From Rhynchopus sp. YZ270_cl-10 (lineage: Eukaryota): DNA of 64,000 bases. The notes under the pieces are model-generated. The model ran no database searches and was not told the origin of the DNA. It saw only the letters and a program-made list of their open reading frames with translations. The translations under genes and the position numbers were made by a program. Positions 47,406 through 59,397 of the stretch are shown in pieces; position 1 is the first letter of the stretch; each line of letters begins with the position of its first letter. The stretch lies in the NCBI GenBank assembly GCA_964035575.1, contig OZ037845.1, forward strand, positions 496,001-560,000, written 5' to 3'.

Positions 47406-48617
47406 TCAGATGCACTGTCCACGGCCCTCGCTGTCCAGCATGCAGCGCTTCTGGTCACCGCAGTCCATGAGCACACACTGGTTGAACACACAGCAGCTGG
47501 CGCCGTCAGATCCCGCAACGCACACGTGGTCACGCGCAGTGCAGCCGGTGGAGGCTGTGCACGACGCCTTGTCTCCGCACATGGCCTGCTTCCTGCAGAT
47601 CACGTCCTCGCAGCAGCCATCCTGCTTCTGGTCAGTCACCTCCACACAGGCGCTGGTGCTTCCCGTGAGCAGTGCCAGCAGCATGTCGATTCTGCAGATG
47701 AGTGCGTCTGTGCCCTCAACAGCGCCGTAGCCGGCAGGGCAGGAAAGCGGGGCGGGGCAGCAGGGCTCCTCGTCACGCACGCAGCACTTCTGGCACCTTG
47801 GGCCCTGGCAGGTAGGGTCAACGGTGCAGGTGTAGCCAGGCTTGCAGGCGTCAAAGCCTGTGCCACAGGTGGGGCCCTGTGCGGAGCAGAAGGAGGGGGT
47901 CGGCGGGGTCGGGGGGGTCTCCTTCACACAGGTTCCGGGTGCGTCGCACGTCGGCTCCGAGCACTGGCAGGTGAGTCCCGAAGCACACCTGTTGTAGAAG
48001 CAGGGCAGGGTGTAGCCGCCACAGCCCGCACCCTCAGGCTGGTAGTCAACACACTCCTTTGTTGTGAGGCATGCGAACCGGTCGGGCGAGGAGGTGTCGC
48101 GTGTGGCGCGGCAGAACTGCGTGCTCGGGCAGTCGGCGTTCGTGTCGCACCCGTTCACAACAGTAGGGGCCGGAGGGGCGGTCTCCTTCACACAGGTTCC
48201 AGGTGCGTCGCACGTCGGCTCCGAGCACTGGCAGGTGAGCCCCGAAGCACACCTGTTGTAGAAGCAGGGCAGGGTGTAGCCGCCACAGCCCGCACCCTCA
48301 GGCTGGTAGTCAACACACTCCTTTGTTGTGAGGCACGCAAAAAGGTCGGGCGAGGAGGTGTCACGTGTAGCGCGGCAGAACTGTGTTTTCGGGCAGTCTG
48401 CGTTCGTGTCACACCCCTGCACAATCTGCCTGCACGTGATGGTGGTGCAGCACGCAGACGCTGTCGTGCACGTACCGCTCTGCAGTCCCTCTGGTGTGCA
48501 CGGTGTCGCCGTCTCCACAAACCCAAGCGGGCAGGTGGGGTGCTGCAGGCAGCAGTTCACGTCTGCAGACGCGACAGACGCGAGCAGTGCTGACACGGTG
48601 ATTGAGAGCATCTTCAT
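47406..48617 (-). CDS. Secreted cysteine-rich protein (~403 aa) with two IGFBP-like modules
   Basis: Signal MKMLSITVSALLASVASA; 264-bp internal duplication encoding GCDTNADCP..FCR..CV..EGAGCGGYTLPC....CASGLTC. Confidence 0.85.
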   Translation of the reverse strand: MKMLSITVSALLASVASADVNCCLQHPTCPLGFVETATPCTPEGLQSGTCTTASACCTTITCRQIVQGCDTNADCPKTQFCRATRDTSSPDLFACLTTKECVDYQPEGAGCGGYTLPCFYNRCASGLTCQCSEPTCDAPGTCVKETAPPAPTVVNGCDTNADCPSTQFCRATRDTSSPDRFACLTTKECVDYQPEGAGCGGYTLPCFYNRCASGLTCQCSEPTCDAPGTCVKETPPTPPTPSFCSAQGPTCGTGFDACKPGYTCTVDPTCQGPRCQKCCVRDEEPCCPAPLSCPAGYGAVEGTDALICRIDMLLALLTGSTSACVEVTDQKQDGCCEDVICRKQAMCGDKASCTASTGCTARDHVCVAGSDGASCCVFNQCVLMDCGDQKRCMLDSEGRGQCI

Positions 48618-49423
48618 CTTCGAAGGGTGCTGTTTGTTTGTGTTGTGTGCAATGTTCCTGTCGGAATGTGGTGTGGTGTGCGAGGGGCTTGCTTTGGGGT
48701 GGTGAGGTGGTGACAAAGTAGCAAAAGGATGGGCAACACAGGGGACGAACGGTGCCAAAACGCAGAAGTGGGAAGTGTTGGGGAGACTATGGCTTCTTTT
48801 TATTTTCCAACTTTTTTGGGTATTCAAATAGAAGGGGGTAATATAATGACATTGCAGGGGAGGGAGTCACACAAAAGAAGTGAAGTTCATAGAAAGAAAA
48901 GAAGGAGTAGTTGAATCTGCCTCAGGAACACACACACACACATCTAACTAAAGCAAGGTGCAATGAAGTCCAACACGCCTCTGCGGACGCAGGCACAAAA
49001 AGCTATTTTGTTGTTGTCTTTTTCTTTGGTATTGCGTGAGGGTTGGCTCAACAGAAATGAAACGGGGTGAGCGGGTAGGGAGACTGCAAAATCAGTGGGG
49101 AAAATCGTTGCTTGCTTTTTCGCCTAATGGAAACATCAAATGTAACCACAACGCAAAAACAAAAGCAAAAACAAAAAAAACGGGGTTTGGAAGTACATCA
49201 GGGGACACCATGTGTGGTAATGACACACAGACCCAAATGGAGGACTTTGTTTTACTCACATGGTGGTAGCACATACTATAAAACACTGAAACAAAAAAAA
49301 CGGCTAATACAAGGCAAACTGTACAAACAAATGCCATCCAACTACGTTGCGACAACACATTTAGGGAATAACAACAGGGGGGTATGGGTATCTAGGGGGT
49401 TCCTGGGAACTGGGGAAGGGTGC

Positions 49424-50963
49424 TCAGACTCTGTCGGGGTAGAACTGAGCGTAGTTGGCGGACATAGCTGTCTCGTACGAAGCGAGACGTGCCGATGTGC
49501 TGCCACCACCCACCTGGGAGTAGTTGAGTGGTGTGGGTGCAGGTGGTGCCATGGAAACGCTCTGCAGAGGTGACGCGTTGCCGGTGGCGGCGTGTGAAGC
49601 ACGTGGCGGGCTGGCACGAGTGGTGCGGCCAGTGAAGCTCTGGAAGTCCTGACGCAGCTTCATCTCCTTGGACTCAAGGCTGTCGCGCTGCTCCCTCAAA
49701 CGCACCTCCTGCTCAAGCAGCGGTTTCTCCTCATCATCCACCTGCCTGCGGCGTGCGTTGAAGTCAACGTTCTCCTGTTCCAGCTGCTGCACAGTGCGTT
49801 CCTGCCCGTCCACAGCCTGTCCTGCGTTCACCTCCTCTGCCTTGCGCTGTGCCTCACGCTCCTTCGCAGCAAGCAGGTCACGCTGGTCCTGGTCGCGCTG
49901 TGCCAGCTGGCGTGCCACCTCGTTCGCAGCGTCACGCAGGGCTGCGGCAGCCGCACGCTCACGCTCCTGGCGTGCAGCCACCTCCGCCTCCGCGTCCGCA
50001 GCACGGTCGCCAGCAACGTGCACCTCACGACGTGCCTCGTTCTCCGCAAGCACCGCATCCTGCTCGCGTGTCTGTGCCTGCGACAGCTCCCCACGGCAGC
50101 GCTCTGCTGCCGTGCGCTGCATCTCCACCTCGCGGTGCTGCTCTGCAAGCACACGCTCAATCTCACGCAGACGCTCCTCCGCCTTCGCCACCTCCTGCTC
50201 CTGCGCCTGCAGCCTGCGTGCTGCCACCTCCACAGCACGCTGTGCCTCCGCAAGCTCAATCTGACGCTGCCTTTCCCTGTCCTTCGCACGGTTCAGCTCA
50301 GCCATGCGCTCACGCAGCTCCTGACGGGCACGCTCTGTTTCGTCGTGTGCAGACTCAAGTGCGCTCTGTTGGTGGTGTGGTGTGGTTAAAGTGTTCTTGA
50401 AGTGGAACAGTGATGAAGGTGAACACAAACAACAAAACACACCTTTGCCTGTGCCTCACGTGCCTGCACATCTGCCACAATCTGCAGCTGTGTCTGCAGC
50501 TTGTGGTCTGCAGCATCAGTCTCCTGCTGAGCCTGTGCATACGCAGCACGTGCAGCTGCCTCGCGACTGCGCAGCTCGTCCAGCAGACGCTTGGCCTCCT
50601 CAATCGCCTCCTTCTGCGCAATCTCCGTCCAGAAGTCCTTCGCACGGTAGTACACACAGTCAATCAGCGTGGGGTACATCTCCCCAAAGCGCTGGAACTC
50701 CGCCAGCGACACAACACGGTCCTGGTTCGAGTCCGCCTTCTCAAACAGGTCCTGCACGGTTGCTGAGGTGAACCCGACATTCAGCCTTCTGAAGCCAGAC
50801 GAGAACGCCTCCGTGTCCAGCGAGCGTGTCTTCCTTGTGTCAAAGTCCTCAAACAGACGTCTCACCTGTTGTGTGCGAAGAACATGGGCCAGCACGCTTC
50901 ACTCTTGTCACATACCTTCTCGTCGTGGTTCGCGTGGTCGGGGAATGCTGCGGCGGCTGTCAT
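49424..50963 (-). CDS. EF-hand + long coiled-coil protein (~470 aa); exons 50963-50916, 50865-50443, 50365-49424
   Basis: GT-AG introns of 50 and 77 nt give a continuous frame. EF loop DSNQDRVVSLAE; Ala/Glu/Arg coiled coil. Confidence 0.85.
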
Positions 50964-52931
50964 TGTTGTGGTGGTGGCTTGTCTTGGGTGTCTGTCAGGT
51001 GGTGTGTTCAAATCACTTTTTTGGTAGCTGCGAAGTGCGCAAGCCACTGGGGGTTATTTGAGTAATGTATGAAGCGTAGCACGGCACATCAAACTTGTGG
51101 GGACAAAAAAGACTTCTATACTGACAGAACGTGGGGAGCGAACCAGTCGGTTCAGCAAAAGGCATTGATTTTTTCCTATTTTTTCCTTACACACAAAGGA
51201 ACAGCAACACCTGCAACAGTACCACCGGGCGGTCACGCCTCAGGGCCAGCTCTACCCATATCCCCTTACACCTTGTATAAAAAGACTCCCAACCCATCGT
51301 TCTTTTAGCTGTTTATTGCACCAGAGAGGACACTATCAGAATATATTTGCATTGTGATGGCAAACACAGATAGAAGCTCAGGCGGAACAAGGGTCCCGAT
51401 CTCACTCATAAGGCAATGAATGAACTTCAGTGAATAATAAAAAAAAAGCAAATAAAGGTTGGAACTAATCCAGATCAAGGCAGGTGTGCTCTGTTGAGAG
51501 TCACCACAAAAGAAAAGTACTAAAGTTGAATGAAAGAGAAAAAAAGAGTTGAAAAGTGGAAAAAACGATGAATGGGCCTGTCGGGTCACATCATCTATTT
51601 CCAGATTTTTTTTTAAAGAGAAAGGAGCAGTTGGCAGTTGACATACCAAACCTTAGGCTTACACCTACTTCGACTTGGAGAAAGAGATTTTGAAGAATAA
51701 AAAATTCTACTGTTGCAGGTTTAATAGGGAGAAGAGACTTGAAAGAAAGAAGGCAGGGAAAACACATCACAAAAAAAGGTTTACAAGATGACCCTCTCAT
51801 GCTTGGTCACCTTGATCACATTCAAAGGAGGGGTGTAAGTTGGACAGAACAGGTTGGTTAAGATGACCCTGGCCTTTCGCGATTAGCCGCGTTCTAAAGA
51901 GACGTTAACAACTTACCAAATCTGTCTTTCAATGAGAAAAAGTTCATAATATGAACCTAAGCTTCTCGTGAGTAGTCACCTCACAAAAAAAAGTTGCAAT
52001 TTGTTACAGCACACTGAGATTTATTTTCCTCTTGAAGCAGATCTCCTTTTTTTCGGGGGGAAAGCACATTTGAGGCGAAAGACCCTTTAAAAAAAGCTGA
52101 ACACAAAAAGCTTGTCAATAACAAAACAAAAATGAAGAAAAAGACGCCTCTGCAGAGACAGGAGACGGGCAATACAAGAAAATTGAAAGATGAACATGTC
52201 TCTTACACATATGAATGCATGCACATCTGAAAAGAAAGAAAGAACAGTTTATAAGATGGCCCTAAGCCTCTCGTGCTTAGTCACCTTTGGGGAAATAAAA
52301 CTGGAATGTGTCTCTGCAGCTCATCTCTCAATAGAAAACTGTGAGATCAACGCAAGCCTCACATTGCTTAGTTACTTTGGGGGGAGAAATACCCTATAAA
52401 AAAAAGCACACACTGCGGTATGAAGTGAAAGCCGAAAAAGTGCAAAATAATGAATCGGGTGGTCAGGCCTGCATCCATCTTGAGGGCTGTCAGGAGGGTT
52501 ACTTTAAAAAAGAAATGTTAACTTTCTCAGTGCACACTACGCACTCAACACAAACTAAAAAAAGCAAAAGAAAATGACACGGAAGTGCCTTTTCTTTTTT
52601 GAACATCTTTCATCATCACACTACTCCCCTTCCCCTCCTCCCCCTCCTCCCCTCTGAGACACCCAACTCTCCTGCCCTACTCTTAACGGCTTTGCATGGA
52701 GTCGGCCCTCCTTAGTGCTTGCCCCATGAAGATGTTTGGTTGCACCTGTTGGGTGTGGGTGTGGGTGTGGTTTGATAACAGATTTAAAATGGGTAACGCC
52801 TGAACGGAGTACAGCCCACTTGGTGTGGGTGTGGATTCTCTTTCGAACTATGTTTACTCAAAAAAAAACCAGAAAAATTGCATAAAAGACCTGCACCTTC
52901 ATATTTTTAGACACCACCACAACACATTAAG

Positions 52932-55134
52932 CTAAATAGCATCAACAGAATTGCATACCGTCTCGGGGTCTTCCTCAGGCGTGGCCGTGAAGTAGCACTG
53001 CTTCCCTGTGATGGACGCCTTCCGCTTCAGCCGCCCTATAGGCTGCGCGAAGGAGGGTAGTGAACTAAGCTGCGACATCGTTCTTGGTATCCCCCCGGCT
53101 ACCTGCATCTCCTGCCGTACACCTACATTCGACCCACCACGTTTGAGTGGTACACATAGACTGGACTCACGACGTTCTCCCAAATCCGGAACCTTTTCCA
53201 CCGTTTCGAGGGGGTCTTGATCGCTTGAACGCCGAAGACGAGAAATTCCATTGTCCCTTCCTGCTGGCGCTTTGGGGAGTTTTGCTACTGGATCTTCGTG
53301 TCTCGGTCTGGTAGGAAGGACTTGCGTGCTTTCGGCTCTTTCTAATGAGGAAAATCCGCCGAAGGAGCGTCTGCGCATGGAGCGGGTGAGAGGTGCCTGG
53401 TCTACAACAGCGTTTGCCCCGTACTCATCGGAGACCATGTAGGTGCCGAAGGTGTCCATGAAGTCGCGGTCGGCTTGGAGAAGCTCGCCGAGCTTCATGT
53501 TGTAGGAGACCTCGAGGGATTTCTCTTTGTTGACTTCGGGGATGTGGAGGGTGCGCATGGGGTCGGGGAGGCGTGTTGTCCAGCGGTAGCGGTGCTTGTA
53601 GACCAGATGCAGTGTGTTGAAGAGCCCCCGATGCAGCTTCAGGATGTGGCGCTGCAGGAACTCCAAATTCGACTCCGCCTTAGAAGCACGCAGCTCCATA
53701 TTATGCTCCTTCTCTGCAGTCTCCTTATTAAGCTCCTGAAGGCGGCGCTGGTAAACGGACACCTCAAGACGCAGGTCGTATACCTCCTTGGGTGTGTCAG
53801 GGCGGACGTTGACCTGGATTTCAACGTCGTTGGTGCTGTACCGTGTGGTGCGTATGCGTTCGGCTTCCTGATTGGGGGGGTGTGGTGGGTCAAGTGTGGG
53901 ATGAAGTTGAGGGGGGAGTAACATACTTCACGCTCTTTGGAGAGAATCGATTTTGTAAACCCATTTATCTTTCGGGCAAGCTCTGCGACGGTTTGCTGTG
54001 TTGTGGAGAAGTTTTTGTTTTTGTTTTCAAAAAAAAAATCAATACCTTTGACCTAATGAGGGTCTGCTCTATTGTCTTATAGAATTCTTCAAATATCTTT
54101 CTGAAAGGACGTGATGTAGGACGTGCCCCGCCACCCGCAAGCTGCGAGGACTTCTCGTTGAAGAGAAGCCACAACGTTTGGAGCGTGCGATCACCCATCT
54201 GCTTCAACTCCTTTGCTGACTCGCCTATCTCCTCTCTGCATTCTAGGAGCAGAGGTGCGTACGACGATCGCTCGAGAAGCGCAAGCACATGAGAGTCATC
54301 TGGGGCCTGCAACTGCACTCGGTCGTTGAATTTGAGGTCGCGGCCAAGGTTTGCGCGGGCCTCTCTGTGCTGCTGGTAGCGCCCCTGCTTTAAGGTGTTC
54401 ATGAGCGAATGCAACGTGTCGGTCGAGTATTCGTCTTCATACTCCATGCAGGTTTTCTCAAGCTTTTGGAGGCGTTTTTGCATATCACGGTGCATCTGTT
54501 TGTTCTCTTTCTGAAGAACTTCGATTCTACGATCTGCCTGTTGTTTGAAGAGCTGATGTGCTAGGAGCATCTTCGCCTTCTCCACACCACGGAGGTGGAC
54601 CTCCTCGCTGCTCTCCCCTGCACCGCTCTGGCTGCGCTGTCGCTGTGTGTTCTGTAGCTGGAATTTTTCGTATTCGAGCTGCATCTGGTTTGACTTCATT
54701 AAGGAGAGCTTCTTGCTGATTTGGTCGTATTTGTCAGACAGCGCCACCACCTCCTCATCTCTGTCCGAAAGCTGCTTGGTGCGAGCCCGCAAATTATCCC
54801 TCAACCCTGTTAGCTGCTCCTCCTTCGCCTTCAGCTTTACCAACAAAAAGTAGACCTTATCCTTGTGTTGCTTTGCTATGCTGGCCTCCTCGATGACGCG
54901 CTTCTTGAGAACGTTGTACTCAAAGAGAAGGTCGTCGTTGGTGCTTTGTTCTGTGAGGAGTGCGTTGTTCATGCCGTCTGCGTCTGTGGTGGTGTCGTTC
55001 TGGGGATGTGAGTGTGCGCGGCTTTGTGTCGTGTCCATAGGATCGCCCCCCACATCAATCATCTCAGGCGGCGTCTCACTACCAAAAGCCTCATCTGCGA
55101 TGAGAAGTCGCTCGACTCCCCCCGCTTTTAACAT
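52932..55134 (-). CDS. Coiled-coil protein (~697 aa); exons 55134-54046, 53995-53927, 53867-52932
   Basis: GT-AG introns at 53996-54045 and 53868-53926 join in phase 0 through a 23-codon exon. ATG lies just after a ccttcag acceptor. Confidence 0.75.
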
Positions 55135-55455
55135 TGCACTCCTGAAGGGGGGGGTGTGGGTGTGAGGTAGAAATAAAAATGCTGCTTTCGGTCGCAACAC
55201 CGTGAAATGGCACAGTGCCGAGATGGGACTCACCGACTCGCGATGACACTGCCAAGACGACATGACATGTCTGGAACAAAAGGTCCAAGGGGTTAAATTC
55301 GATGTAGCGTTCAGCTTCCCCCAGGACATAAGGAATATTTGGTGCAAGGTATAGAAGACGTCGGGTTGATCACCGGTGGTGGCGCCGTGGAAGAGGGCAG
55401 GCAGCTCCACCGCACCAAAGGCTGAAGCGCGAAGCATGGGCGCTCGGCCAAAAAT

Positions 55456-55850
55456 ATGTGTCCGATCGATGATGAGCTCGCACAGTGGGTGGGCACGACA
55501 ACTGTCGCTTGTGGGCTCAACGGTTCCGACCTGGGGCAATGGTTCGATGATGCTGTCACCGCCCTCGTAGGCACCAACGAGCCTGCCACAATCGAGAGTG
55601 ACATCACCGTTGTCAGCCTAGACATCAAGAAATTCGATGCAAATGTGGTAGACGAACTGCTGTTCAATGAGCTAAATGGCTGGCCTTACTGCAAGGGAAA
55701 TCGAGGTGGGATGGGTGGTGGATGCTCCCCTCACAAACTAAAGCATACGTGAGAGAGTCCTGAAATACATCGTACCGGATGGCGTGGCGAACGCCCTCAC
55801 GACGCTCCGTACGGCAACGTGTGAGGGTATGTCGTTATCGTGCAGGAGGG
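55456..55850 (+). pseudogene. Decayed RNA-virus RdRp fragment (tombus-like endogenous viral element)
   Basis: TTVACGLNGSDLGQWF ... VSLDIKKFDANVVDELLFNE (motif A context); frameshifted KYIVPDG..TT..YGN (motif B-like); YVVIVQ without an intact GDD. Confidence 0.5.
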
Positions 55851-56208
55851 AAGGGGTATCAAAGAGAGGTAACGCGAGCATGGGGTTCAATATGGGATAG
55901 GTACGTTTTACAAACAACTGGTAGGGGGAGGGTGGAGGGGAAACTGCGGTGTGCCTGGGTGGGGAATAACATATGCACAAACAGGGGGAAGAAGGCGGTC
56001 GTGAAAGTAGGGCGCTTTTCTCGGGAACCACAGGCCCCGAAAAAAGAACAGGTTGAAAAATACAACATTCTGTAAGAAAATCTAAACAGGTTGGTGGGGA
56101 AAGTAAACAAAAAGTACAAAAAAAAATTTGAAAGTCGAATGTGCCTCAGGTGCACACATTTTTTATCAATGGACAACAAACGTACAGATGAGATTAACTG
56201 ACTTCGTA

Positions 56209-57793
56209 TCAGTAGTATGTGGACTTGGCAACACCGACGGGGCTTGTGTGGCGGGCAACAGCAGGGCTGTCGTACTGAACGGGGTACAGAGAGGGCTCCC
56301 TTGCCTGGGCCAGGCTGTCGTAAACAGAGGCGCGTGCTGCTGCGCCAGCAGCAGCAGTGTATGAAGCAGTAGTGACAGGTGCCACGGGCAGTGCAGCTGG
56401 CTGTGCTGCAGTGATGCGTGGAGGGCTCGGGGCACGTGTCTGGCGGCCAGTGAAGCATTGGAAGTCCTGACGCAGCTTCATCTCCTTGGACTCAAGGCTG
56501 TCGCGCTGCTCCCTCAAACGCACCTCCTGCTCAAGCAGCGGTTTCTCCTCATCATCCACCTGCCTGCGGCGTGCGTTGAAGTCAATGTTCTCCTGTTCCA
56601 GCTGCTGCACAGTGCGCTCCTGCCCGTCCACAGCCTGTCCTGCATTCACCTCCTCTGCCTTGCGCTGTGCCTCACGCTCCTTCGCAGCAAGCAGGTCACG
56701 CTGGTCCTGGTCGCGCTGTGCCAGCTGGCGTGCCACCTCGTTCGCAGCGTCACGCAGGGCTGCTGCAGCCGCACGCTCACGCTCCTGGCGTGCAGCCACC
56801 TCCGCCTCCGCGTCCGCAGCACGGTCGCCAGCAACGTGCACCTCACGACGTGCCTCGTTCTCCGCAAGCACCGCATCCTGCTCGCGTGTCTGTGCCTGCG
56901 ACAGCTCCCCACGGCAGCGCTCTGCTGCCGTGCGCTGCATCTCCACCTCGCGGTGCTGCTCTGCAAGCACACGCTCAATCTCACGCAGACGCTCCTCCGC
57001 CTTCGCCACCTCCTGCTCCTGCGCCTGCAGCCTGCGTGCTGCCACCTCTACAGCACGCTGTGCCTCCGCAAGCTCAATCTGACGCTGCCTTTCCCTGTCC
57101 TTCGCACGGTTCAGCTCAGCCATGCGCTCACGCAGCTCCTGGCGGGCACGCTCTGTTTCGTCGTGTGCAGACTCAAGTGCGCTCTGTTGGTGGTGTGGTG
57201 TGGTTAAAGTGTTCTTGAAGTGGAACAGTGATGAAGGTGAACACAAACAACAAAACACACCTTTGCCTGTGCCTCACGTGCCTGCACATCTGCCACAATC
57301 TGCAGCTGTGTCTGCAGCTTGTGGTCTGCAGCATCAGTCTCCTGCTGAGCCTGTGCATACGCAGCACGTGCAGCTGCCTCGCGACTGCGCAGCTCGTCCA
57401 GCAGACGCTTGGCCTCCTCAATCGCCTCCTTCTGCGCAATCTCCGTCCAGAAGTCCTTCGCACGGTAGTACACACAGTCAATCAGCGTGGGGTACATCTC
57501 CCCAAAGCGCTGGAACTCCGCCAGCGACACAACACGGTCCTGGTTCGAGTCCGCCTTCTCAAACAGGTCCTGCACGGTTGCTGAGGTGAACCCGACATTC
57601 AGCCTTCTGAAGCCAGACGAGAACGCCTCCGTGTCCAGCGAGCGTGTCTTCCTTGCGTCAAAGTCCTCAAACAGACGTCTCACCTGTTGTGTGCGGTGAA
57701 CATGGGCCAGCACGGTTCACTCTTGTCACATACCTTCTCGTCGTGGTTCGCGTGGTCGTTCCAGACTGCCTTGGCTGCGACTGCGACTGCCAT
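56209..57793 (-). CDS. EF-hand + coiled-coil protein paralog (~485 aa); exons 57793-57734, 57683-57261, 57183-56209
   Basis: 6818-bp offset duplicate of 49424-50963 with the same introns and different N- and C-termini. Confidence 0.85.
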
Positions 57794-58719
57794 TGTTGCT
57801 TTGTGTGCTGTGTCAAACAGATTGCTGTGCGATGTGGAGGTACACTACTAAGAACACGTTGACAAAGGTTGAAATAAGAACGACATCGGAGCAGCCAAAC
57901 CACCTCACAGCACACCTTCCCTTCCCTTGAGGACGAGGGTCTACATCCACACCCCTTACCCCCAAAAAACCAACGGGTACAGATACAAAAGACTCAAACC
58001 TCTTTATTTGTTGGTATTGTACACCGACAGGACACATGGCGACAACGTTTTCTTTTTCTTTTTTGCCCCCCATTTGCCCTCTTCACAGAGTCTGCTTAGA
58101 GGGAAAACGGGGGTACGAAGTTAAAATAAACAAAAGACAAACTGAGGAATATCGACAGCCTGCTTCAACGAAACGGCTGCAGATGCTACAAAAAAATTTT
58201 TTGGAAAAAAGCTTTGAAAGATGGGGCTCCCTTCCCTTTAGACTTTTGTTTCAAAATAAATGCGATTTTTTTTTCTTTTGCACCTCTCGGATACAAAGCA
58301 GGAAACAACCGAACTAAGAGCGAAGCAAACCGCTCAGACGGCATAGTCGTAAGACAAAAAAAAAGGGATAACCCTCACACAGGCGACAATAAATAGAGGG
58401 GAAAAAAAATGAAAAAAACGGTGCGATATATGCCTCAAGGGACGGCAGGTAGGCTTAGTGGGCTATCGAGAGAAAAAAAGGTGTGTTATGAACGATATCT
58501 TCCTCTTAGGGTGTACGCACCTTCAATAATATGATTAAGACAAAGGAACGAAAGTTGGAATGACGAAACCTAAGCCTCGCAGTGCGTAGTCACCTTAAGG
58601 AAAAAGAAGCATTGGGTTAAGGTATTTACCCGAAAAAGAGGAGAATTTTGTTAAAGAGTTATACAACAAAGTAATGCGGGGAAAAAAAGAAGAGGGAAAA
58701 AAAAGAAAGAAAAGTTTGT

Positions 58720-58754
58720 AAGATGATCCTAAGCCTCTCGTGCTTAGTCACCTT
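58720..58754 (-). repeat. Consensus-like copy of hairpin type B
   Basis: AAGGTGA CTAAGC ACGAGAG GCTTAG GA TCATCTT. Confidence 0.8.
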
Positions 58755-59397
58755 ATCATAATCGTTATCGCACAGCATCAAAGAAAACGTTTAGAAGATG
58801 AACCTTTGAAAAAAAAATTTATGTTGGTACAGACAAGAAGTAGTCGGCAATACAACTTAGTTTTAAAAAAAGAAACGCTAATGGATGTGTTTCTCGCGCA
58901 ACAAAGAAAATTTGAAGAGATGCGAAGCTTCGATACACAATCTTTTAAGAAAGAGAAAATAACGCAGTTTTTTTAATTTCTTTTACATCTCCAAGAATGC
59001 AAACTATGGTCAATACTGACCTTTTCATAACTCCCCTCCCCTTTTTCCAAGGGAACAATCTAAAGAGTCACACTTTTTTTTTTTTGTGCCGACAATCACT
59101 TTACAACCTAGGTAAAGAATCTGCACTCAATACCAGCCAATGCACAGCATGATTTTTGTAGTCAGTTTGAGTAAGACTGATTTTTTGGGCCAGGCCGAAG
59201 ATCGGACACTTCTCGTACTCCCGCATGCGAGAGGGGTACGAGATGAGTCAGTCTAACTCAGACTGACTACAAACCATGGTACAGAGCATTTTAATTATTT
59301 TTCCCCCTTCTCTTCCCCTCTTCTTCCAACTACACCTCGACCCTCAAGCCGTTCGTGAAGATTGGAAAATACGGCAAATCTCCTTCCATTCCCCACA

